NCBI GenBank assembly: GCA_024276335.1
Contig: JAJRXL010000181.1
Span: 1-32,598, forward strand
Direction: 5' to 3'
DNA length: 32,598 nt
Origin: Bacteroidota bacterium
Lineage (GTDB): Bacteria > Bacteroidota > Ignavibacteria > SZUA-365 > JAADGX01
The notes below the pieces were generated by a model. It did no database searches, was not told where the DNA came from, and saw only the letters and a program-made list of their open reading frames with translations. The translations under genes were made by a program, and so were the position numbers. Numbering within the stretch: position 1 is the stretch's first letter; each line of letters begins with the position of its first letter. Of the stretch, positions 1 to 9,095 are shown in pieces.

Positions 1-1395
1 CTTCGACCCCGCGTCGAATTCGCACGGAAACCTTTGTACCGGCGTCCCGTCAACTCGCAGATCATCGAAGTCGCCGCTCTGTCCGCAAACCAGGTCCACG
101 CGAAAGCTCCTCACGCCGATGTGGCCGCTCCGCTTTGGAGCGTAACAGACAATGGCCTGGTTGCGATACTGAAACACGGCGCATCTTCCTTCCTCGTACA
201 GATAACTTTCATCGACCTCCGATTGCGTTACGTGACAGAAATTTCTGCGGCCGGGAAGCGAATCGTTGAACACGCCCCTCGTGAAGATAGACCTAAAGTC
301 GTTCGTATCGCTGATACTCGGTGCCCGCCGGATTCGCACGATGAAACAATCGGAATGCCCGCCGTTCACGTACGGCGTCGCGGACGAACCCATGGCGAAT
401 TCTTCGCATTGGTAAGTCGTAAGATCGCTCCATCCCCCTGGATACATTTCGTTATCGGAACCGAAGCGACCGTGATTCTCGTGATAGGATTCCGCGTAGG
501 TTGTCTTCTGAAAATATATCGGCAGCGGTTTTTCCCATGCCATCCTCCTGGCCGCCTCCGGAACATGATACGTAAGTATGGCCACGAGGGAATTTTGAAC
601 TAGGCTGGAAATATGATTGTATTTCTCCGCAAGGCCGGGATCGAGATACAGGTCGTTGTCAAAAGCGGCGTACATCGTACAGTGGAGGGCGGAGAATCCG
701 CCCAGCGAATCGTCGAAGTACGACCGGGAATGGGGTCCCGCGAACTGCTGGCTGGGAGCATGGAAATGCATGGCAACGTCCAGCCATAGACGCTCCTCGA
801 GAAACCGGCCGAGCGCCCTGGCTCCGGGATGCTCCGCGTGCTCCGCGATGATAGACAGGAACCACAGGTCAAGTGCCGTGTAAGTGGGGCTGTTGTATTC
901 CGACATCTCGGCCTGGCGACGATTCCTGTGTCGACGGTTTCCCACCACCGATTGAAATTCGCGTAGCCGGTTGTATCCCAGCTCCACCGCGTATTCCTCG
1001 CCGGTCATTTCTCCGCCACAGATCAAGGTGCAATACGCGGCAAGGGGGTGGTTGACGTTGCCGTCTCTCCACTGGACATCCGCGGCGCGCACCAACCCGT
1101 TTCTGATATTGTTTTTCAGATTATCGGCAGCGCCTGGACCAAGTAAATCAGGCACCTCGTATAGAACTGCCAGCATCGTGGCGGGCGTATGGGTTGCGTC
1201 CTCGCATTGCACTGTTGCCAGGAGGTCGCTGCCGAGTCTGCGCCGGTCTTTGTCCCGGTCGAAAAGCAGGGCAATCGCGTACCACACCGTATCCCGGACA
1301 ATCAGGCATGTGCGCGTCTCTGGATCGTAATGCCTGTCGCCGGCCTGGGTCGAGAGACGTAGGAGGTATTTTCGATTATCAGTCAGCGGTTTCAC
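1..1395 (-). CDS. Hypothetical protein, C-terminus cut off by the window edge. The N-terminal part looks helix-rich and the rest beta-rich (possibly an alpha/alpha-toroid plus beta-sandwich, heparinase II/III-like fold).
   Basis: Absent from the ORF track because it is open at the left edge. Manual translation of the minus-strand frame ending at base 1 is stop-free for 465 codons, starting at GTG 1393-1395, with TGA/TAG/TGA stops immediately upstream. Sequence: VKPLTDNRKYLLRLSTQAGDRHYDPETRTCLIVRDTVWYAIALLF...EYNSPTYTALDLWFLSIIAEH...TPYVNGGHSDCFIVRIRR...VFQYRNQAIVCYAPK... It is co-directional with the downstream array. The listed + ORF 34..603 is its antisense shadow. Confidence 0.7.
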   Translation of the reverse strand, partial: MKPLTDNRKYLLRLSTQAGDRHYDPETRTCLIVRDTVWYAIALLFDRDKDRRRLGSDLLATVQCEDATHTPATMLAVLYEVPDLLGPGAADNLKNNIRNGLVRAADVQWRDGNVNHPLAAYCTLICGGEMTGEEYAVELGYNRLREFQSVVGNRRHRNRRQAEMSEYNSPTYTALDLWFLSIIAEHAEHPGARALGRFLEERLWLDVAMHFHAPSQQFAGPHSRSYFDDSLGGFSALHCTMYAAFDNDLYLDPGLAEKYNHISSLVQNSLVAILTYHVPEAARRMAWEKPLPIYFQKTTYAESYHENHGRFGSDNEMYPGGWSDLTTYQCEEFAMGSSATPYVNGGHSDCFIVRIRRAPSISDTNDFRSIFTRGVFNDSLPGRRNFCHVTQSEVDESYLYEEGRCAVFQYRNQAIVCYAPKRSGHIGVRSFRVDLVCGQSGDFDDLRVDGTPVQRFPCEFDAGSK

Positions 1396-1446
1396 GATAC
1401 ACTCGCTCAGCCATCAATGCTATCAAGATAGGGACGTCGCGGGTTT

Positions 1447-2871
1447 TTACCGATACCGGTAAATCCTGGCGCCATCGGAGGCGCGACAGGGAAACAACAC
1501 GTCATCCCGCCTCTCCGGATCAAGGATGACGCCAAGATAGTCCTCGTAGTACTTCGTTTTCACATCTCCGATGAACGATGAGAGGATGGACGATTCGACG
1601 AGGTTAACGGTGCATCCACCGAAACCGGCACCGGTCAGGCGTGAACCGATCGCCCCGCTCTCCAAGGCAATACCGGTCAGCGCTTCCAGTTCGTCACAAC
1701 TGATCCCGTAGTTGTCACGACAGCTTTCATGCGAGAGGTTCATTAATGCACCGACAGCGGTAACATCGCCACGCGTCAATGCATTAACCGTTTCTTCGAC
1801 ACGGCGGGCTTCCGTGACAACGTGCACGAATCGTTTCCAGACTTCGTATCCTTCCCCGGGCTGTACGAAGGCTGTACCGTCGCTGAGCGCACAGTATTCT
1901 TCCACGATATCCTCTACGGAAATGCCCACGCGATTGGCGATGACAGAAACAGGAAGCGGACTCCCGTACATGACTTCATCCGCCATCCGCTCCAGGTCTT
2001 CCCATGAAAGCCCGGTTTTCTCCGGGTTGAAGTCTCCCAGCCTGCTCGCGTCAATCCGGACGCCGGTTCGTCCAACAAGCGCGGCCCGCAGCAACAACGC
2101 GGCCAGGCGGCATTCGACAACCCTGCGATTGTACGACATCCTGGCCGAAGCGGTCTTGGAAGCCCGTACCAGGCTGTTGCAAACAACGAAGACATGTTTT
2201 TCCAACAATGGCACATGCTGAATTCTTAACGGAAAGAAATCTATCTTCAGGGCCATGTCCTGTTTACCCATCAGCGAAACCGCCTGGTCCATCCCGCCAC
2301 CCTCGATGCCCGCGAATCGCTCCGACCGGGCGAGAATTCCCGCACAGTCAAGGCTATCCATTTCGACACCATTCGCCGCGAGGAACGCCAAACCCGCCGC
2401 GACAACCAGCGCGGAAGACGAGGATAAGCCCGCGGATACAGGGATGCTTCCCGCGCATATTCCCCTGAAACCCCGCGCACGCCGTGCATCGATGATGCCT
2501 TTTTCCAGGAAGCCGCGGACCGCGGCCTTGACGTAGTTTCCCCAGTCGCCCTGTGCATACGGCGACCGACCTTCACGAACCTGAAACATGCGCAACCCGT
2601 AATCATCCATACTCGTCAGCTCAACCGTATCGTCATCGGAAGGGACGAATGCAATCTTTATTTCACGGTCAATAGCAAAGGGGAGAACCGGAAAACCATT
2701 GTAATCCGTGTGCTCGCCGATGATATTGACGCGTCCCGGCGCCACTGCGAGAAAAGCATTGCTATCATTGTCGTATCGTCGCCTCAGTAATCGAACCAAA
2801 CCATCGGGCTCTGCATGGGGATCGACATCAATGATCAAGGGCGCAATCATGTTATTCATAGCTCTTACCAC
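1447..2871 (-). CDS. galK: Galactokinase-family GHMP sugar-1-kinase, long (eukaryotic GALK2/GalNAc-kinase-like) form
   Basis: 474-aa ORF. Carries the galactokinase signature GRVNIIGEHTDYNGFPVLP, the GHMP phosphate loop IPVSAGLSSSSALVVA, and C-terminal TGAGFGGCTV. The YNRRVVECRLAA segment is typical of long-form members. The track start at 2871 is a GTG overlapping the upstream stop; ATG at 2859 is an alternative start. Confidence 0.85.
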   Translation of the reverse strand: MVRAMNNMIAPLIIDVDPHAEPDGLVRLLRRRYDNDSNAFLAVAPGRVNIIGEHTDYNGFPVLPFAIDREIKIAFVPSDDDTVELTSMDDYGLRMFQVREGRSPYAQGDWGNYVKAAVRGFLEKGIIDARRARGFRGICAGSIPVSAGLSSSSALVVAAGLAFLAANGVEMDSLDCAGILARSERFAGIEGGGMDQAVSLMGKQDMALKIDFFPLRIQHVPLLEKHVFVVCNSLVRASKTASARMSYNRRVVECRLAALLLRAALVGRTGVRIDASRLGDFNPEKTGLSWEDLERMADEVMYGSPLPVSVIANRVGISVEDIVEEYCALSDGTAFVQPGEGYEVWKRFVHVVTEARRVEETVNALTRGDVTAVGALMNLSHESCRDNYGISCDELEALTGIALESGAIGSRLTGAGFGGCTVNLVESSILSSFIGDVKTKYYEDYLGVILDPERRDDVLFPCRASDGARIYRYR

Positions 2872-3740
2872 AGGCTCTCGCTGTATGCATGGGAGATAAA
2901 CGACCGCACCAGACCGATATCGGCAGGGTTGGTCAGGTCGGGCACGCGCTCACGGAAAGGAATGACCTTCACCGCGCGGGGATAATCCCGCACCATGGAA
3001 GCAATGGCGGCAGGCAGTTCTTTTTCCCCGCGACGTGGATGCACCGGGCAGGATTCAAGGTATGGTAAAACCATATCGCAATGCAGTTTCCAGATATTCA
3101 TACTGACGTAAACGTTTCCTTTTTCGTGCCGTACGCGCTGCAAGGTTTCCTCTTGCGGTTTCTCGACAATCTCCTGCAGGTACCCATTCTCCGAAACACG
3201 GACGATCCCGAACTTCAGGATGCGTTCCATCGGGAAGCCAAGGCTGTCGATTTCGTACCCGATCATCGCGCCGGCAGCGGGCGTCCGGAGCAGTTCCGCA
3301 AACGCATGTGATGAATAGAGGTTGTCGCTGTTGCAAACCAGCAACGATGTCCCTTGCCATTCCGGTCGGCTCTCCAAAACCTGTTGCAGGGCATCCGCGG
3401 TGCCGAGCGGTTTCGAATGCCCCTCCGGTACCCGCTGGACGACGTAGGATACCCGCAGGCCGTGATACACGTTGTCCCTGTCGCGGCTCCCGAAATAATC
3501 GCGGAAGACGCGATCGTTTTCTCCCGTTACGATGACGACCTGCTTTACACCACCTGCACGGGCGTTGTACAAAAGATAATCGAGAAACGGGCGTCCCCCC
3601 GGCCCCACGCCCAGCATTCCCTTCGGCCGATCTCGAGACTGCTCCATAAGTTCCCGGTCAATATTCATATCGTCCGCGACTGGTTGTTTCATCCGGGTGG
3701 AAAGCCCGCCCGCAAGTATAACCAGAGCAGGATCGTTCAC
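2865..3740 (-). CDS. Sugar-1-phosphate nucleotidylyltransferase (NTP_transferase family)
   Basis: 291 aa. N-terminal nucleotide-binding loop VILAGGLSTRMK, then KGMLGV, VIVTG and LGTADAL motifs typical of NDP-sugar pyrophosphorylases. Lies immediately upstream of the sugar-1-kinase and overlaps or abuts it. Confidence 0.8.
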   Translation of the reverse strand: MNDPALVILAGGLSTRMKQPVADDMNIDRELMEQSRDRPKGMLGVGPGGRPFLDYLLYNARAGGVKQVVIVTGENDRVFRDYFGSRDRDNVYHGLRVSYVVQRVPEGHSKPLGTADALQQVLESRPEWQGTSLLVCNSDNLYSSHAFAELLRTPAAGAMIGYEIDSLGFPMERILKFGIVRVSENGYLQEIVEKPQEETLQRVRHEKGNVYVSMNIWKLHCDMVLPYLESCPVHPRRGEKELPAAIASMVRDYPRAVKVIPFRERVPDLTNPADIGLVRSFISHAYSESLW

Positions 3741-3770
3741 GATGCGTACACCGCTAAATGAACATACAGG

Positions 3771-4652
3771 CTACTCATGATTTTTGTCGCCTGTGTTGCC
3801 GGAAGCGAGGCGCGCGTATTCCCGCGCGAACAAATCCATTCTTGCTACTCGCAGGATATCTTCACGCATGTGATCCGGATCTCGCAGCAGGACGCATCCC
3901 ACTGTCAGTCGCTCATCATCGAGGTCCACATCAGCCACCGTCACACCATGTCGGCGACCAGTCTGCACAAGCACGTCACCATTGTGATCGACGATTCGCG
4001 CCGTTCCCGGGTAATACCGTCCTTCGTACGGAGCATAGGGCGGACGTCCCGCCAGGTTGGATTCCACCATGATAATCGAATTATCCATCGCACGTGCCCG
4101 CAATTGTACACTCAACGCTTCCTGCGTCGGACCGTGTGTCACCGTGGGCCAGAAAACCACTTCGGCGCCCTTCGCCGTGTAAACGCGGGTGATCTCCGGG
4201 AAGTACATATCGAGGCAGAGCTGGACGGCAATTGTTCCGAAATCCATGTGAAAGACGGGCAACTCATCTCCCGGAACCAGCGTTTGCGCTTCCACGCCCG
4301 TCAGATGGGTTTTCCGGTAATAGCCGATGATCTCACCCTCGCGTGAAAGAACAGTCGCCTGGCTATACTTTCTGCCACTTTCAGAAACCACGTAGGGCGC
4401 GATGACATGCAAGCCGGCGTCTTTCGCCCGTTCGCAGAATGCGGCTGTGACTTCACCCGGAAACGGTTCGACGAAATGTCTTTCATCCTTTTTCACATTT
4501 GTCGTAATCACGTTTTCCGGCAGGCAGATGATGTCCGCGCCTCGTCGCGCCGCATCACTGATATAATCAAGCGAGCGTCGCAGGTTCAATTCAACCGTGT
4601 GGGGTTTTTCATCAACCAGGAATGAAACCGTGGCAATCCGTACCCTGCGCAT
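3771..4652 (-). CDS. Carbon-nitrogen hydrolase (nitrilase superfamily) protein
   Basis: 293 aa. Glu-Lys-Cys triad contexts are ADIICLPE, GYYRKTHL and IAVQLCLDMYFPE. An AAGGTGA Shine-Dalgarno-like site lies upstream of the ATG. Confidence 0.8.
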   Translation of the reverse strand: MRRVRIATVSFLVDEKPHTVELNLRRSLDYISDAARRGADIICLPENVITTNVKKDERHFVEPFPGEVTAAFCERAKDAGLHVIAPYVVSESGRKYSQATVLSREGEIIGYYRKTHLTGVEAQTLVPGDELPVFHMDFGTIAVQLCLDMYFPEITRVYTAKGAEVVFWPTVTHGPTQEALSVQLRARAMDNSIIMVESNLAGRPPYAPYEGRYYPGTARIVDHNGDVLVQTGRRHGVTVADVDLDDERLTVGCVLLRDPDHMREDILRVARMDLFAREYARLASGNTGDKNHE

Positions 4653-4718
4653 AGCTATTCACCTTTGGAGATTGTATTCATGCGGACAACAGAAAAAGGC
4701 ATCGTGAGATTATACTGT

Positions 4719-5702
4719 TCAATACTGCCGGGGAATATCCCGCGGAACTCCTGATTTCAATGATTCGAACGCGGCGAAAATCATTCGCATCGCCTGCAAC
4801 CCGTCGTAATAGGTTACCGGCGGCGGGTCGCTGCACAAGAGGGTATTCACGAAGGCCCTGTTCATGTTCATCAAGCCGAGCTCTTCACGACAATGATACC
4901 GCGTTTCCTTGTTTCCATCGGAGAGCGCTACTGATTTCAGCCGGTTGTACAGGTGCGCGCACTTGCTGCCGTCCATGAATTGAAACGAAAACTTGGACGC
5001 AACGGACGTCTTTCCGCAATCGCCAACAGCAACGGTTGAAACAGCGCCGTCCAAAAAGGAGATCGTGGCAACCAACGTGTCGATGATATCGTGGCGGGGA
5101 TGCCCGCAGTTTCCGCCCTCGGCGTACACGCGCACCGGTTCGCCCCGGTGAACGAAGCGAAGAATATCCATCGCGTGGCATCCCTGCGACAAAACGTTGC
5201 CTCCGCCTTTTTGCGGATCATTTCCCCAGAACAAATCCGGCCACCGGTCGTCGGTAACCTGCCCGATGGAAAGAACCGGCCTGGCAATAAACGCGCGCGC
5301 TTTTTCGACGCTCGGATTGAACCGCAGCTTGAATCCCACCATGAAGGAAACAGGTTTGCGCTGCAACACCTCCCCGATCTTCACCGCATCTTCCATGTTC
5401 AGTGCCAGGGGCTTCTCCATGAAAACATGCTTGCCCTGTTCGATCGCTTCTATGGCAAGCTCGGCGTGTGAATCATGGTGGGTGCAAATGTAAACGACGG
5501 TTATCGCCTTGTCGCGAAAGACTTGCCCAGCTTCCACCGTAGTATCGGCGCCATTGAATTTTTCCTTTAACTTCCGTGCCCGGGACTCCTCCACGTCGCA
5601 AAACGACGCCAGTTCGACTCCCCCGATATCGCGCAGGCAGCGGGCGTGGGCTTCGCCCATGCTTCCGCAACCGATGATTCCAATGTGCAAGCTGTCAGGC
5701 AT
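4719..5702 (-). CDS. Gfo/Idh/MocA-family NAD(P)-dependent oxidoreductase
   Basis: 327 aa. N-terminal Rossmann motif IGIIGCGSMGEAHARCL and the family-typical VFMEKPLA motif, followed by a C-terminal alpha/beta domain. Confidence 0.85.
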   Translation of the reverse strand: MPDSLHIGIIGCGSMGEAHARCLRDIGGVELASFCDVEESRARKLKEKFNGADTTVEAGQVFRDKAITVVYICTHHDSHAELAIEAIEQGKHVFMEKPLALNMEDAVKIGEVLQRKPVSFMVGFKLRFNPSVEKARAFIARPVLSIGQVTDDRWPDLFWGNDPQKGGGNVLSQGCHAMDILRFVHRGEPVRVYAEGGNCGHPRHDIIDTLVATISFLDGAVSTVAVGDCGKTSVASKFSFQFMDGSKCAHLYNRLKSVALSDGNKETRYHCREELGLMNMNRAFVNTLLCSDPPPVTYYDGLQAMRMIFAAFESLKSGVPRDIPRQY

Positions 5703-5750
5703 ACGTACAGTTATTCATGGAAACAATATCGTTGAATTTCCGCATGGTTT

Positions 5751-7304
5751 TCAGTCGGCACTCCCCTGTCCGATTTCATGCAGGACCTGAAACAACGGCG
5801 CAATGGATGGATACAGCGTTCGATACACACCGTAATACCGCCTGTAGGCTTCCACGGCTTCGCCCGGCTCATGACTTTCCTGGATCCGCACAGTCCGGGC
5901 GCATGCATCCTTCACGTCTTTATATATCTCTGCGCCTACTCCGGCCAGCAAAGCGGCGCCGAAGGCCGCTCCTTCAGAGACATTGACCGTCTGGACACGC
6001 GTGTTAAAAACATCGGCCATGATACGCCGCCACAGTTCGCTGCGCGAGCCGCCGCCGGAAACGCGCACGGCCTCGAAACGAATGTTGATCCGCCGCATCA
6101 GATCGAGCGAATCATTCAAACCGAAAGCCACGCCTTCGAGAACCGATCGTGTCATGTGCGCCTTCGAATGCCGCAGCGTCATACCGAAAAACGTTGCGCG
6201 TGCGTAAGGATCGGCGTATGGCGTGCGTTCCCCGGTCAGGTACGGGAGAAAGATCAGGCCTTCACTCCCCGGGGGAACCCCGGCGGCGGATGAAGTCAAC
6301 ACGTCGTACACATCGACACCCGCCTCTTCCGCGATCTTTTGCTCTTCGCGGCACAACGTGTCGCGATACCACCGCAGGCTTCCTCCCGCCGACAGCATCA
6401 CTCCCATGAGATGCCAGGCGCCGGGGACGGCGTGGCAATACGCGTGCACGCATCCTGCGGGATCGAACCGGTACGAATCCGTAGCGGCAAAGACGACGCC
6501 GGACGTCCCGACCGCAACCGATACCGAGCCTTCGGACAGGATACCGCACCCGACGGCTTCCGCCGCCTGGTCGCCGGCGCCGCCCACGACCGGCGTCCCC
6601 TGAAGAAGCCCCGTCTCCTTGCTTCCCTGCTCGCTGATATGCGCGCTGACCACGGGTGATTCCGAAACATCCGGCAACCAATTGCGCGGTACATCCAGCA
6701 CGGACAGGATATCGTCGGACCATGTACGCAGGGCGACATCGAACAGTGACGTTCCCGATGCATCGGAGACTTCGCTCAACAACTCCCCGGTAAGCCTGTA
6801 CCTGATGTAATCCTTGGGGAGCAATATCTTGGCGATCCGCGAATAAACGTGCGGTTCATGCGTCTTCACCCAAGCGATCTTCGGAGCAGTGAAACTCGGC
6901 AGCACGGGTTTGCCCGTGATACGGATGAGCCTGTCCTCGCCGACAAGGCCGGTGATTTCCGCGCATTGCTCGTGCGTGCGCTGGTCGTTCCACATGATAC
7001 AGGGTCGAAGCACCTCGCCCTCTTGGTCGAGCGCTACCAGGCCGTGCATCTGCCCCGTAAGACCCACCGCCATGATCGCGCCCGGTGTCACCCTGCATTC
7101 TTCCATCAAGGTTCGAACACTGGCAACAACGGCATGCCACCAATCGGCCGGGTCCTGCTCACTCCACAATGACTTCGGATTGTGAAGAGGGTAGGTCCTG
7201 GTCACCGATCCTACAATGCCGCCGTCGGGCGACACCAGGATCGCCTTGGTCCCACTGGTTCCGATATCAATTCCAAGAAGGCAGGGATTCATTTTTTCTT
7301 CCAT
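5751..7304 (-). CDS. xylB: Xylulokinase (FGGY carbohydrate kinase)
   Basis: 517 aa. Co-linear by eye with E. coli XylB through LGIDIGTSGTK, WSEQDPADWW, GLTGQMHGLV, MWNDQR, FTAPKIAWV, LLPKDYIRYRLTG, FLPYLTGERTP and GGGSRSELWRRIMADV. Confidence 0.9.
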   Translation of the reverse strand: MEEKMNPCLLGIDIGTSGTKAILVSPDGGIVGSVTRTYPLHNPKSLWSEQDPADWWHAVVASVRTLMEECRVTPGAIMAVGLTGQMHGLVALDQEGEVLRPCIMWNDQRTHEQCAEITGLVGEDRLIRITGKPVLPSFTAPKIAWVKTHEPHVYSRIAKILLPKDYIRYRLTGELLSEVSDASGTSLFDVALRTWSDDILSVLDVPRNWLPDVSESPVVSAHISEQGSKETGLLQGTPVVGGAGDQAAEAVGCGILSEGSVSVAVGTSGVVFAATDSYRFDPAGCVHAYCHAVPGAWHLMGVMLSAGGSLRWYRDTLCREEQKIAEEAGVDVYDVLTSSAAGVPPGSEGLIFLPYLTGERTPYADPYARATFFGMTLRHSKAHMTRSVLEGVAFGLNDSLDLMRRINIRFEAVRVSGGGSRSELWRRIMADVFNTRVQTVNVSEGAAFGAALLAGVGAEIYKDVKDACARTVRIQESHEPGEAVEAYRRYYGVYRTLYPSIAPLFQVLHEIGQGSAD

Positions 7305-7348
7305 GTTTGAACGTATCGGGATCGGTCATCCATCACCGCGCTCGATAT

Positions 7349-7816
7349 TTACTTCCGAATATCAGGCGGAAGTCCGGGTTGCCGTGATGCTTCGACGGCC
7401 AGCTTGTCGCATCGTTCGTTGTACTCATCGTTATTGTGGCCCCTCGTCCAGATAAACGACACGTTGTGCTTTCGTGTCAATTCCAGCAAGCGTTCCCACA
7501 AATCGGGATTGAGCGCCCGGTCTCGCTTGTTCCGCATCCAGTTGTTCGCTTGCCAGCGTCTTGCCCAGCCGAGGGTCATGGCGTCCACGAGGTACTTCGA
7601 ATCACTGTACAGCGTTACCTTGCAAGGCTCCTTGAGCGTCTCCAGAGCCTTGATAGCGGCAAGAAGTTCCATGCGATTGTTGGTCGTGTTCCTGTAACCA
7701 CCCGTAACGACTTTCTCATGATTTTTATGACGAAGTATCGCCGCGTAGCCGCCGGGACCGGGATTGCCGGAACATGCCCCGTCAGTATAAATGATAACTT
7801 CCTTCGCCTCCGTCAT
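7349..7816 (-). CDS. rnhA: Ribonuclease HI
   Basis: 155 aa. DEDD active-site contexts are [22 protein letters not shown] and WTRGH...NERCDKLA. Its ATG overlaps the upstream gene's TGA (ATGA at 7813-7816). Confidence 0.92.
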   Translation of the reverse strand: MTEAKEVIIYTDGACSGNPGPGGYAAILRHKNHEKVVTGGYRNTTNNRMELLAAIKALETLKEPCKVTLYSDSKYLVDAMTLGWARRWQANNWMRNKRDRALNPDLWERLLELTRKHNVSFIWTRGHNNDEYNERCDKLAVEASRQPGLPPDIRK

Positions 7817-8970
7817 GCTTCTCTCCTCGTTGGAGCGGACAGGTCGGGCAAACGTTCGGGATGTGAAGCGCGCGCGCGAATAAGGTACGCTTCGAGCCAG
7901 CCCCGCGCTTCGCCCGGATGATTGACTGCGAAGAGAATCGCTTCGTGGTCCAGGTCGTCGATGCGATCGTTGGCGGCGCGTACGGCGTCGATGTTGATCC
8001 TGATGGCAACGTCCACCGGCATCCTCTCCGGGTTGATGTCGATGCCAAAATACCCGTCGTAGGAATGCATCCTGAGGACATACATCAATGCTTCGAACTG
8101 CTCCGGGTGCACGACGCCGATGTTCAAATCCTGGTCGAAGTTACCCAGGGGTTGGCTGTTGACGTGCATGTGAGCCAGGCGCGCTTCCGACAGCGGCCAA
8201 CTGTACGCGTACGGCAGATCCTCGTACGCCATAAGAACGTGTCCGATCTCGGGATTCATACAACACAGCGCGTGCCCATCCCGCAGGAGAGACGTGTTGC
8301 GATCGTCATGCAGCAACTCCTCAACCTTGCGGCAGAGCAGCATTCCCTCCGCCGTGGTCCCGAACAGGATGTGGCCGCGAGGTTCATAGGGCTTCGGTTC
8401 GAAGGCAACGCGGACACCGGGCACCGCGTCCATTGCCTCGGCCAACCCCTCAATGAAACGATCGCGCATGGCCGGAAAGTCGATCCCGAACGAATTCTCG
8501 TAACCGTCAATTCCGGGCCAGATTACGGCGAAATCCGTGTCCATCTCGCGGTTCAATTCAAAAGCCCGCCGTGTCAATTCAATTGCCTGTTTTCGAATTC
8601 CCGGATCCGGGTTGGAGAGAGAGCCCCACTCGAACCGGTCTTCGAGAAAAAGCAAGGGGATCACGGTGATCAAACGTATCCCGGTATCGCGGCTGAACTG
8701 TCTCCACAAGTCGAGATTGCCCTCATGTATCTCGTTCGGGTAATGCGCCTCGATACCGGAAAGTCCATACCCGGCAAGACCGGCGGCAATATCAAGTCGT
8801 TCCTCGATACTAAGCATCGGTTTGTACTTCTTGTGGAAACGGCTGTCGGGCGGAGAGAAGTACCAGATACCGGCGGAGAATTTCGGCTCCAGGCAAAACG
8901 CGTTCATGTGCTCCAGCAACTCTTCCCGCGATCGGCGCCGGGATTGAAGTCGTAAATCCTTCAAGGGCAT
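7813..8970 (-). CDS. Xylose-isomerase-family TIM-barrel sugar isomerase (class-I XylA / Streptomyces-type L-rhamnose-isomerase-like); substrate uncertain
   Basis: 385 aa. Aligns by eye with Streptomyces class-I xylose isomerase: KFSAGIWYF (cf. RFTFGLWTV), IEAHYPNE (cf. VTFHDDD), [15 protein letters not shown] (cf. FAIEPKPNEPRGDIL), [11 protein letters not shown] (cf. VNPEVGHEQMA), FDQDLNIG (cf. YDQDLRFG), YFGIDINP (cf. RHFDFKP). Confidence 0.65.
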   Translation of the reverse strand: MPLKDLRLQSRRRSREELLEHMNAFCLEPKFSAGIWYFSPPDSRFHKKYKPMLSIEERLDIAAGLAGYGLSGIEAHYPNEIHEGNLDLWRQFSRDTGIRLITVIPLLFLEDRFEWGSLSNPDPGIRKQAIELTRRAFELNREMDTDFAVIWPGIDGYENSFGIDFPAMRDRFIEGLAEAMDAVPGVRVAFEPKPYEPRGHILFGTTAEGMLLCRKVEELLHDDRNTSLLRDGHALCCMNPEIGHVLMAYEDLPYAYSWPLSEARLAHMHVNSQPLGNFDQDLNIGVVHPEQFEALMYVLRMHSYDGYFGIDINPERMPVDVAIRINIDAVRAANDRIDDLDHEAILFAVNHPGEARGWLEAYLIRARASHPERLPDLSAPTRREA

Positions 8971-9095
8971 GGTTGATTCCTCTTCGTGTTAGAAATAAAT
9001 GAAAGATGTGCTTCGCTTGATTACTGCCAATGCATTCAGTTGATTCGGCAAACACTCCTTCGTTGCAAGCCGGACAATACCCCGACGCGTCATCG

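Noticed and set aside
34-603. 189-aa + strand ORF at the left edge
   Set aside because: It is antisense to the stop-free minus-strand frame that runs from 1395 to base 1. That minus frame has a much more protein-like sequence and matches the operon orientation.
8971-9095. 125-nt AT-richer gap between kdgK and the XI-family gene, as a possible internal promoter or structured RNA
   Set aside because: It contains only an 8-nt palindrome (GACGCGTC) and weak 4-bp stems. Nothing here can be called confidently beyond an ordinary intercistronic spacer with a purine-rich RBS region.
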